From the NCBI GenBank assembly GCA_002633005.1, contig NMRA01000213.1, positions 1 to 64,000 on the forward strand: a stretch of DNA of 64,000 nucleotides, in the 5' to 3' direction. The position numbers and the translations under genes are program-made. Below are positions 23,001 to 35,700 of this stretch, piece after piece; the first letter of the stretch is position 1, and each line of letters starts with the position of its first letter. The DNA comes from Phoronis australis. Its lineage: Eukaryota; Animalia; Phoronida. The notes below the pieces were generated by a model. That model was not told the origin of the DNA. It was given only the letters and a program-made list of their open reading frames with translations, and ran no database searches.

Positions 23001-26000
23001 GCCATTGCAGTCACACACATTGTTGATTGAATGTTTTCCAGGCTGGGATCTTGATGGGGGAGGTGAATAGCATCTGGCCGGATATTCGGCGGCAAATAGA
23101 CGATCCGTTCCTGACTCCTGATGACAACAAGGAACTAAACCGGCGCATAGCAGTCCACATAGTGACAGTGTGTGAACAACTGTTCAAGCACTATATAAAC
23201 AAGGCTCAGAGTGAGTACATTTCTATTGACTTGGGGAACAGTTGTTCAACACTTAAACGCACTGTCATGTCACTGCACGGTCAACGGAACAAAGACTAAA
23301 TGGGAATTCCCTTTCTGGAAGCTAGTCTTTACCATGATGTCAACTTACAGCTGCAGCGAAGGCAGATTAAACTCACCTGTTAGCAGTCTGTAATTAGTGT
23401 GTGTTGGTGATAAGTCAAAATAATAGTGTGTTAAGAACAAATTTTTGGCTCATGCCTGTTGTAACAACAAGACTTAGTATACACAGAAGCTCTAGTGCTA
23501 TCGCCTATCAAATGCATTTATATCTGGAAATTGTCGGCGCGTGAACATCCAGTGACATCAAATATAGCTTATGGTTGTGTAATCTGATTGAATTAAGTTG
23601 AATTTTAATTGGTGGGTTCTGATTTCAACCTCGAGAATTTGCTTGCAAGATAGATACTAATTTAATGACAGTATTAATATTCAGTGTATGGAGAGGTTCT
23701 CTTTCAATGCTTGCTTTGCCATTGTCACACCAAAAGCATGATGCAACGGATAATTCAGTGCTTTCTAGTCTGATGCACTCAATGTGATGCCTTGTTTTCC
23801 TTCATCACCAAGTTATCGGTGATGTCACCGGATGTTTACAAGCCGGCAACTGTGTTCCACATTGCATTTGAAAAACGACAGCAGCACCGATGAAATCTTT
23901 AGGATTGCCTACGATTCGACTGTCACCTCTACGGTATGATTACTCGCCATGTTCACCAATTTTTGTACAATCATTTTAAAATAGATTTGCTTGCTATCAC
24001 TGGCTTGTTTAGAGTCGAAGATTATGTATTGAAGGAGTCCCACTGTCCACATGAAACTTAATATTTTTATTGCCATCTGACAATTCTAGTTTTAAACAAG
24101 CGCGGTGTCTTCAGCGGACCGGCCAACATGAGTCGACTCAAGGCACAACTAGCTCTGGATGCCAATAAATTGTAAGTGATAATCTTCTGTTGATTGTTAG
24201 TACAGGAGTGTTAACGAGTATGGTAGCATAGCCAGCAATTCATGATGCTTTGACAGTTCAGTCAGGACTTGCTCGGGACATGACATGACATATGCCATCA
24301 CAAGCCAACTTACAAAGCCCTATCTCAAGCAATAATAAACAACTTTCATTTCTTCTGAAGTCCTTATGTCATCTCCAATTTGACTGACAGGAACGATTTG
24401 AGACCAGTTTCGTAAAGGCAAGTGGTCAAAATCCAAAGTTGTTTTCGTGGTGGAAAGGGGTTATTGCAGCTTGGAATAAAATTTTGCGCATTCAAGTTAC
24501 GAATTCAAAATAGAATTAAAGTTTTATGTACAGTAGTAGTTTTCGCAATTATTTTCATCCCAAATAGAAAATTGTCGTACATGCAAGTTTGTATAACTTG
24601 CCTCCAATGTTGGCCTGTTATAATATTCTATTAATTGTCATTTAAGTGTTGCATGATACTGGCTATGCATCTGAAATAACAAGTTATCAGATCCTAGCTG
24701 TGGTTAGCAGAACTGTGATGGTGGTATGGTTGGTTAGCCAAGTTTAGTTTAGTTATATCTTTATTCAGCTGATTGGCATATATACAGCTTTGTTCAATTA
24801 GTAGTGCACTATTTTTAGTGTCGTGTTTCATAGAAAACTAAATACTACATGATGGTAAACTATGTATTAAGCACAGCTTTGTTCAATTAGTAGTGCACTA
24901 TTTTTAGTGTTGTGTTTCATAGAAAACTAAATACTACATGGTAAACTATGTATTAAGCACAGCTTTGTTCAATTAGTAGTGCACTATTTTTAGTGCCGTG
25001 TTTCATAGAAAACTAAATACTACATGGTAAACTATGTATTAAGCACAGCTTTGTTCAATTAGTAGTGCACTATTTTTAGTGCCGTGTTTCATAGAAAACT
25101 AAATACTACATGGTAAACTTTGTATTAAGCACAGCTTTCTTGATCAATTTCTCATTTTGTAAAAAAAAAATGATGTACATAGAAGTCTTAGCAAAGTTTT
25201 GCCGGAAAATGTTGCACGTTGTATTATGTTTAAAAGCTAAATACTGTAAAATAAACTTAAGATAGCATTGTCTTGCTACTGAATTGCTTTAGTTTCATGT
25301 TGATAACGATGTCTTTCTTTTCAGTTTGAATGTGTTGATGATCCGTCGTTACATAGTGTCGGACATCCGCGGTAAGATTGACAGTGACACCTATGGAGAG
25401 TCTGATAAAGACTTCATATATGACCGTAAACCACCGCCAAAGCCAGAGACTGAAGGATTGACATATAAGGCCTTGGTAAATAGCTGATTTAATTTTCAGC
25501 TTAACTAACTCTCAAACTGTGGTACTAGAGTGCCACACTGTTGTCTGTCAACTGGTTGTCAATCAGTTGTGACACATGTCTATTTCGTTATGACGAGAAT
25601 CTCTACCACTTATGAAGAAATTTCATCACAATCTCTAAATAAATGCTCTCTGCTGAGGTATGGCCAGCATATTTTGAGATCTAACTGTATCAAACTGCTC
25701 TGATTAACTGCAAAGTCTTCAATAGACTTTAAATCCACCTTTCATCTCAAAAATCAACTTCAAATTTTGACCTCTTCCTCTTAATGTTATGAAACTGGTG
25801 TCTAAAGATCCCTTGGTCAAATTAGAGGTGATTTCTGGCATCTGAGACAACTACTAAAGTTTGTTATTGGTTGAGACAATGCCCTATGTTTTGGCCTGTT
25901 ATGGTGTCAGTGCATTGAGTGTAGTTTCAAAGAATGCAAATGTGGCAGTTCCTTGCCAACCCACACATCACTTTTAGCTAGGCACAAGATGAGACAGATG

Positions 26001-26721
26001 TTATTGTGGCAAAGTGATTTACAGTCATGGTTTTGTGAAATTCAACCTGGCTTGTGTGTCTGTTCATAGATCCAGCAGAGTCGCCCTAAAAGTAAAACTA
26101 AAAAATATCGTTTCCGAACCGTGGAGGAAGACCTGGAGGAGGTGAGTTATTTTCCTTGTTATCATGGTAACTGAAAATCTCGAAATCACCCCACTTAAAT
26201 CTCCTAAATCTGTTATTAAATTTTGCTGTTTCAACTATTTATGAATTTTTAGAAAATTTACATTTTTAATACATTTCTGTGGCCCGTCTGTTGTCATTAA
26301 TTATGTCTTTTTTTGACAGTCATGCTTCACTGTGCATCTGCCAGAGTCAGTGTGATAGATTTATTGTTTCTGATGTGTAGTCTTATTCCTAATCTGAATG
26401 CAGAAGCCACTTTGAATTTTGTTTATTCAGGGAACTCAAATTAGTGATGCATATAAAGACTAATAGCATTAAGTTTCCACAAAGTTTTTATTTTACATGT
26501 ACTTGCAAACAAAATAATTTCTTATCATTGCACCCGCTGGAATTGATAGAGAGTAAATTACATGTGCTTGGAAGTTGACTTTTACCTATCACATGGTTGC
26601 GCCTACTGTCAGTTTTGTCATCTGCTCTGTTCACAATACATCACACAAAATGAGTGGTCCTCATGTGCTCTTCATCAGAAGTTCAGACTGTGATATTTCA
26701 CCAATCATCTTTCTCTATCTC

Positions 26722-26760
<39 letters not shown>

Positions 26761-29700
26761 TCTGCTCATGTCTTGGCCTCCTTTTCATTTTCAGTTGTCC
26801 CATGAGATGCCAAGTCTTGATACCAGGAAACTAACCTCTCTAGTTCAGAACTTGCCCACGCCCAGACCAGAGTCCGTGGAAGAGAGTAAGTATAGAATGA
26901 CAAAACACATCCCCTTCTTTCTTACAGCAAGTGGTCTTTTGTTCTGCTGTGATATCTAAAATTATCATTTTCACATCATGTTAATTAGAAGCTGTTGTGA
27001 CGCTTATCGGAGGCTTCAGTTTAACTTGATGCTGACTTTGGTCTTTGAAAGCTTTAGGCTTCACGCTCTGGTCTTAGCACTGCTAGAAATAACTTTGCAT
27101 ACAGTAATCTACTATGAAGTTATTTTAAATGTGGTCACCAAATACAACTTGAATGAAAGTATGCAGTTATGTAGTTTTACTAGTTGTTTGACCTGGCTAG
27201 TAATTTTGCTTTTAATGTCTGAATTTAATGATGCATTAAACAAAGCTCCAATTTTGTGATTTCAGTTCTTGTTACTGGACAAGACAAGATGTCCGAGCAC
27301 GGGTCAACTTCAGCCGAGTGAGTGATAATTCCTTGATAGTATTCACCTGACTGTCCATATTGTTCCATCATTCACTTGGGTCATGACCAATACTTTCTTC
27401 TGTAGTTTCTCATAATTCAACATCATCGCGTGTTTTAGTTTGTTTTTTAAAGTGTTGTGAAATTACTGAGAGTTTTAAAAAATGACATCCGATTCAGTAA
27501 CTGCTTTATAAAGTGTAGAGTACGTGCCACAAGTATTCAGACAAAGTGACCACCAGCTCCCCATCATGTTTCTCGTCAGAAGCCAAATCCATCGACATAA
27601 TAGTTTTCCCTCATGACCCAGAATGAAAGCCTGAGAATTAACAGGAAAGTTAGTAAGGTGGCTAAATCATTTAACAGGTGATTATACCTTTGGTTCCAGT
27701 AGTAACTACCTGTCATTTTTGCTGTTAAATTATTATTAGCTGTCATAATATCGAAACGGTATCTTGATGTTCAGTACAATACATCCTGGCTCAAATCCCA
27801 CTAGATTTTCTAAGAGCACAACACAAAGCGATGTTTTATTCCACTGATTGAAGTAGTCGTCTGACGGTGGTGTGGCATGAAAAGGGACTTATGACTTTAA
27901 AGACCGAAAATTGGTATTAGGCTTCACTTCCGAAAAACAAAGAACAAAGTATGTGAAAATGTACCCAAAACTGCTGAATGAGAAATGTGATGTGCTAAGA
28001 ATTATTGTCTAAACCTTTATTTGGTGATTGTGAACTTGAAGCCTTGTATGTCTGTCTTCAGTGTCTTAAGTCACTTTTCACGGAGCAGATGCGGTCTCAA
28101 CATGTTGGCTCGGTCGCCAGCGCCATTTTGAGTACAAGATAACTCTCTTGAGCATCCATGATTCAGTGTACACAGACAATTCTGCGGTGATTAGTGAGTC
28201 ACCACCCCTCTCAAATACGCGTAGGGTCACTGTTGCACCTCACTGCTGACTCATCATTCTCACTCACCCATAATCTCTTTGTCATACTCTCAGTGTTTAA
28301 CCCTCAACTTCCTGTCACCTCTCTCTCATTCACTCCTAACCAAGATCTGCCCCCAGATACCAGTTGGCAACTGTCACTAAAACCAATCTGGTTGAACGGT
28401 TGTTGAACTCCATGTGAACAGTGTGGATACACAGTGTTGGTTACCAGATCTCAGGCTACCTTAAGGTTATGTGGGGGCCTAGAAATGTTCAAGATTTGAC
28501 TAACTTCCAATGTCTCGGGAATGGCTGACGGTATTCTTATGAAACGTTCTGAAAGTGTGCTTTATGCATAATTGTTTTTAAAATGTTCCACTTTTGCATG
28601 GGGCTATCATCAAAATAGAAATTCTTATAATTTTCGTGAAAAAGTTGTTGCAAGAAAGGATGAGAATGGATCTATATTTTAGAAAATTGTAAGAGAGATT
28701 TCATCTTGAATATTTATATCAAATAAAATTTTATTAGTCATTTCATTGATACTCTTGTTTTGCCATTTCGCTCAATTTCACTAAAATGTTCACTTGACCC
28801 AATTACTAGCGGATTGGTCAAAAAATCAAATATGGAATTCTTTAGTCTTTCTGCTTTCAAAAAATACTTTATACTCAAGTTAAAACCTAGTTGACAGAGT
28901 ATTTGGACCAATGCACAGACTTGTCACTAAAACCCCACATGACCTTAACTTTCAAAAAAGGACTCCCGGTGAGCACCTGTCATCTGATGTTCTTCAAATG
29001 AGAACAATAGCAGCTCTGTAGACTGTCTCTGTTGTTACGTATGAGTTGAGCTTATCACCTCGCTCGGCCACCAGTGTTTGGCAAGTGGTTAATCTGGGGG
29101 AAAATCTCGGCTGTATCATCTCTCACACTCACCATCACTCTCTTCATCCCCATCACGTGTAGGAGTGAGGCGTATGTTTTCATCGATACGTTGTTGTGTG
29201 ATTCGGATGATGAGTATGACTTTCATCACCACTTCCACGATCATAACCAACTGCGATGCATAGTTGTCGACCGGAAGAACCATAAAACTGCCAATAACAC
29301 GCGGCGTACCTCGGCTCTGATCCGTTTTCTTGGGTACGTGTTCTGCAAGCACTGGCTCGAAGTGCGTCTAGTATTTGTAAAGCTGTGACTGTGCAGTTGC
29401 CGATGAGTAGAACAAGTTAAAACACCGTCTTCAAACTTGTGAGAATATGGAAAGTTTAATTAGATACAATCACTTTTCATATTGTGAGCAGGTGAATTCA
29501 CTGTGGAAGCAGTCAGTGAACTTTGTTTTATTCGTACTAGGTTAATGATGTAAGTTTAGGTGCTAACTTTTTGTTGTAATGTACGCTATTAATGAAGGAT
29601 TTCATTCACGTGTGTAGGTTTGAGTAGGTGTGTGCAACTTTGATGACTGTTTAGAATCTTTAAAGGAGAAACCAAACATTTTTGATGTTTCCTTTATTAG

Positions 29701-32700
29701 TGCCGACCCGTGAATGACCAACACAGACTGTGTTCAATAGTCAGTAAGACGTTCTGTGTGTCCAGTGGAAGTGAATGCAGACTGAATGTGGGCCTTTTAT
29801 TGGACCATCCACTTCACTTTCTATTATTTGTTCCATGGATAGTAAACATCAAAAACAGTTTCGTTTCCTTTAAGATAAAATCAAGCTTCCGGGTAATCTC
29901 ATCCTGGTTTCCAGCTTAAAGTAAAACAAATTGAATGTGAAATATTGACACAAAGTCCAATTTAAAGGTCACTCTGGTAATTGAAGCAGTTCGGAGTGAT
30001 CACTCGTGACCTCTACTTTTTGCAATATTCCAGCATGGACTACTATGAAAGTATACAGCGACTGTTGCTGAAGAGGTCAAAGTCTCTGCCTGAATTGCAA
30101 CATGAAACCCTGGCCGAGGAGTTAGATTTGTCCCTTCCACCTAAAGAAAATCATGAAATCATTGAAGGTGTTGATGTCTATACACTTGACATAAGGGTAA
30201 GTGTAACTCGTACCCAATGTCTCTGTTCAACACTGGACATTTATCAATGCCTTCTCTCAAGTGATAGCCACCAGGTGGTGTTTGACAATTGCCAAGTACC
30301 GCCCGCAGGTGGCCACGTGACGCAGAAAGCTAGGTCCTCAAATACAACCAGGCCACCAATAGGTAACGACTTTTTTCCTATACTATGTAGCGGCACAACC
30401 TATGAACATTTGTTCCTTTACTTAATAACCTTGTGTTAAATAATTGTGGTTGATTGTCAGTCCGCATAAGGGCTGACTCAACTGCACATGGTTCAATATT
30501 CCTTGGCTTCCAATTGCAGGAACGTGGAAAAAAGAAAGAGAAAGATGAAGACAGCCGTGACTTTATCCAGGATGACTTGTGCAAGTTGCTTGACAGGCAG
30601 GTTGGCGACACCCACAGCAAGGATGTTGATGACGAACTTCCACCTCTCATACAGGTCAATGTTTCAACAACTTTTATGTCTGTAGTTTCAACGATGCATT
30701 TCATCTCTATGTTTATTGTCGAGTGTTATACTGTTCCTGACATTGGGGACAGGTTGTCGCCACACAGTCACAATCCAGACCTGCAGCCAAATGAGTGCAA
30801 GAACTGATGGCTGAGAATTTGACTATGTGAGAATAACCACATGATGGAAAGATGTTGCAGACACCCCTACACTCTCCTACATTCCCGTACCCCCACCCAC
30901 CCCTACCGACCCCAAACAGCCCTACAGTCTCCTGCTCACCTGTTCCCCCACTCACCCCTTCCCACCCCAGACACCCCTGCACTCTCCTACTTACCTGTAC
31001 CCCCACCCACCCCAAACACCCCTACACTGTCCAAATTCCCGTACTCCTACCCACCCCAAATGCCCCTACACTCTCCTACTTACCTGTACGCACCTCTACC
31101 CACCCACTCCTCAGTCCTCTTTCTTTTATTAATTAGTTGCACACCTGCGTCTAGACGTCCAATGGCACAAAGCCTGAATACCATCCAGAACGGTACCTCA
31201 GCAGGGAAATTAGTTATCCAAGTTAGCAGCACGTTCATTAATTTTAAACTCTCATATCGAAAGAGTGTCTTTGGCAACTCTGCAATTTTACAACAGGCTG
31301 TCTAATAACAAAATAATGTTTGCCTTGCAATAAATCGATTTGTTTTCACAAATACTGACATTGATATCATTTTACATATTATTAATTATTTACTAAGAAG
31401 AATATTGGACATGTTCTAACTGACACAATGATTTGTTGGCCATTCTTCACTCACACCATCCTCTGACAGAAACACGCTTTGCTCATTCTACATACCACAT
31501 GATATTTCAGGCTATTCTTACACATGCCAAACATGATGAACGTAAGACAGTTCTTGATAATCAGCTGAAGTCACTGGAGAAAACTGAACAAGAGGAGAAG
31601 GTCAAGCAAGAGTAGGTGTTGTTCTTTGACAATAGGTGGTGCTGTTGAACTCCTGAGTGTGGCTTTGTTGGTTAATGAACAATTGCCATCTGATTTAACA
31701 TGACTGGTCAATGAAGTGAGTGGATTCCATCTTACAGTGAAACCACATAAGCTGCTTTGTTTTGCTGTACTTCATTAAGGCAGTTCTCCAAAAGAGTGAG
31801 CTATTTTTGGCAAGCGCATTTCACAGAAAGGCAGAAATATGTCTTGTCTAATATGCTGTAAGCCTTGGCAGTTTTGAAGTGCTGTTGACGTGATGATATT
31901 CAATGCTTGCCTTATAATTCCAGGATTCCCCTACAGAGGCCGACACATCCTCAGCCTGCCACTGTGCCTTCCAAATTGCCCAATAAGATGACCCTGCGGG
32001 CGTCAGACGTGCGTGTGTCTGAGAGAGTGTGTATGTCCTCCATGACGATCAGTAAAACTGCTACAGTTTATAACGACTTATTGGATGATGTAAGTTTGCG
32101 CTCTCTACAGCAGAACGGGATTTTGTGCTAGTCATTAAGGGTGACCAAAATCGGGAACCCATAAAAATGTTTAACCACATCCTATGGCTGTTTATATTTT
32201 TGTATTTGTTCCATCATGGAAGATCTGTCCAAAACATTTTAACCATACAAGTCAGTTTGGATTGTTTTTTGTTCTTTTCAAAACAGTCTTATAATTTGGT
32301 CTTTGCACACCTACATTAATTTTACAGCCACCAGGGGGTTTACACCCAACAATTCTCTCGCCACGAATTAATAAATTTCATGTCATCATTACTTTACGTA
32401 GATCACACCAGCTAGCATCAAACAACTGGACTCCAACTTGTTCCTTGGTTCTGAAGTGAAGGAGGTCTATGAGGAAATTATGAAGACTGTTCCCACGGAC
32501 CACTTGGACCTGGAAGTGGTGAGTTACACCTAGTGGCCTGAATCCCATGCCTCTTGTGGGAGGCTGAAAATTTGTTATTGGGGCTCTCAAGAGGAAGTCT
32601 CAATAAAGGTCCAGTGAAGGACGTCAACCATATATCACCTGTTGTAGAAGGCTTTCCCATGTATAGTTAGAATGTAATCTTGAAAACCAACGATGTTTTG

Positions 32701-35700
32701 AAAAAGATGGGTCATGTAGTTTTAGAAGTCCTAACATCGTTTTCTTGCACATGATACGCTTAAAAACTAGGCAGGTGGCCTGATGCCCTTTGCTGTGCAC
32801 TAGGCATGCTTTGGCCACAAGCCAGGCCCATTGTTTTAATCACCTTATTGTAACTCATGGGAACTCCCTTCCTTATGGGTAAAGTCTTCAGAACTGCTTG
32901 TTTTCCTCAGGAGCTCAGGAAGATTGTTAAACCTGAGTGATCTAGCAATTTCCTCCAGGCAGGTAATGTGTCCATTGAGTAGCAGTTTTTCGAACTAGGC
33001 TTTGATAAGCAGTGCAAATCTCTACTAGATTTTGACGAATCTCAGCTTCTCTGCCACACTTGGGGCAGCTTGAACATATCACGTGGCTCGTGGTGTTTCA
33101 ATGCCGAGCTAAGGGTTCAGTGTCCGACAACAAGCTGGATCACCTGCTGAATAGCAATCCTATTATAATTAATTAATTTACAGTAAAATCTCACCAACTT
33201 AGAATTTATGACGGACAAAAGAAATTTTTCTTATAAAAGATAGGTAGCACCAAATAAATGCTTTTACCATATTTCTATACCATAGCTACCTTCAGACAAC
33301 GTTTTAAGAAATTCTGTGCATTCACAACAATGTTAAGACGCTTTTAAAAGCCGTTAGGTCAATTTTGGCAGTTGTTTTTGTCCGACATTGGTGGTATTTT
33401 ATTGTGTCGTTTCATGGGTTGACAATATTGATTTAAATGTTTGAATAATTACTGTGATCGTTGGTAAGCGAGTAGAACCTTAACACTAGTCCATTGTTCT
33501 GAAATCACTGTGTGAACTGTGCTGTGACCATGCATGCCTTATCCTATGACGTGATTGTTTCTATAGGCACCACATTTCACTGGCATCCCTTTGCACAAAA
33601 GTGTAAGTTGTCCGCATCCTAGGACTACACGTAACTCTAACACTCTTTTACCATGTTTGTCTTTTATTAGAAAATGACACTACTTTTAGTTTAAAGAGCA
33701 TTTTGTTGATGAATGGGTCCATAATAAACCAAAATCTACCTTTTTGCCGTTAGTCTGTTCAAATGATAGTTAATCATTGAAACATGACCAAATCCTGCGT
33801 ACATTTTATGTTTGGCCGAATTGTTGCCAGTATAATTATTATACTCAGACATGTATAGACTGTACAGACTATAAATTTACTAAGTATTCAGAGAAAATTA
33901 TGGGAACGGATTTCCCATCATGACAGCTGAGCGGAAGCTGATTTCAGCACTGGAGTAACCTCCCCAGTGATGGCGACCGAGAATGAAGAAGACCTAAAGA
34001 GGAAAATTTGAATTACTTGCCACTTTTGCTGTAAAGTTCATACAACCGTAATGAAAAGGAATTGGTATAGCCAGTGTCTTGTACTGTATCTGCAGAATTT
34101 TTAGCAAGGAAGAGTCAGACTTTTAAAATTTTCTGTGAAACTTTCTGTGCAAGAAGCACTAATCTCAAAACGCTGGCAAACAGCAGCAGCTGAAAACCTG
34201 GCTTCTGTCAAAAGAATTTTGACTTTTTTACTTTTGATTTAGGTCACTTTTTGAAAGCTTTTGTCCTAAACCTGTTCTTCTCGTGCTTATTTATTTATTG
34301 ATTGTTTTTTTGTTAACCGTGTGTTGATCATATATAAACTGTATTTTAAATTTTAAAATATTATACTCGTTGTGTTCAACGTTCATAATGCATTGTGAAT
34401 TTCTTGCCTTTTACAAATTTTAAAACATTGACCTTTTTATTGATAACAAGATTCATAATATTCGCTAAGGATTGTGGGATAGCGATCACTCCGAGCACCA
34501 CTGCCAGCAGACATGGATAATCAATATGGAGATCAGTTCGTCTTAGTAGTATTTTGAGCAGTTCGTTGTTTATTTTATCATTCTGATGACCAGTCAGGTA
34601 ACATCTGTCCAGCTGCCACCTTAACATTCAAGCAAACAAACGCCTACTTAATGCTTTCTGGATTCTGGATTAGGATGGCTTGTATCCCACAAATCTGTGC
34701 TCTGGGATGTGCATGGATCGATTTTGCTATCTGTTAAAAGGTCATAGTATTAAATAACACTCAGTTTATGTGTCACACCCTTTGTTAACACTTATTGCAC
34801 AATTAATATATATTTATGGGTGACGTATTCTTAATGAAAACCTGCAGTGGTTCTTTAATCCATAATAAAAATGCTGCTGTCAAAATTAAGCCGCAATCAA
34901 ATGATATCTGCATTGCATTAAATTTAACTGTTTGTGTAACACATTTCTAACTAAAGTCATAACCATGATCTTCCCTCTGAAAAATATGTGCCTGAGTAAC
35001 GGAGTGTCCAAGAACCTCTCTGTTTAAACAGTGGATTGATTCTGAGTAAGTATAAATTGTTTGGCAGTAGACAATGGTGACGATCTGGTCACTATAACTA
35101 AGCATCAGACTAGTTGATTTCCTGTGACCATTATTCCTCGTTTCCATTGAGGCAATCTGTGAATTTGAGGTGTTCATTGGTAATCATTATGAACGCTAAC
35201 TCACCATGATATCAAAGAAACAATTAAAAAGGGCTCCTCCACAAAACATGAAGGAACCAATGAAAATAATTTGGTTTTCAAAGTTAAGACACCACTGTAT
35301 GGGGCTCTTTAAAGCAAGATTTACTAGGAGTTTTGAATTATTCCTTCAGTTAGAAATTAATATAAGAAGGATTAGTGTCAGCAAACTTACAGCTGGTCAA
35401 TAATGTGCACTTCACAATACACTAACTCATTCAGTGAAGGGCACATTGTCAAAAGGCACTTAGTAAACGGCAACATTGTCCTTGAGTGCATGGACCATCA
35501 TTCAGTGTGTCATAGCCGGTGTAGTGCAGGACCTGTGTTCTACTTCTCTAGGACAACACCATTGAACCGAGTGCACAAACAGTCAATCTGCAGTCGGCGA
35601 TCGCAAGTTCGACGTTACTCAACAGCAAAAAGAAGAATCGCATAGTCAACAAAGACATTCAGAAAAAGGAAGAGGCACCCTGGACTGGGGAGGACATTAG

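Noticed and set aside
24784-25138. Regular repeats as a possible CRISPR array
   Set aside because: Contiguous identical units with no unique spacers, no cas genes, and a eukaryotic intron context.
28062-28193. Selenocysteine reading of the two in-frame TGAs
   Set aside because: No redox motif context, no SECIS recognised, and CCDC87 is not a known selenoprotein family.
30713-31305. Pro/Gly-rich ORFs on both strands
   Set aside because: Translations of a C-rich minisatellite inside a CCDC87 intron.
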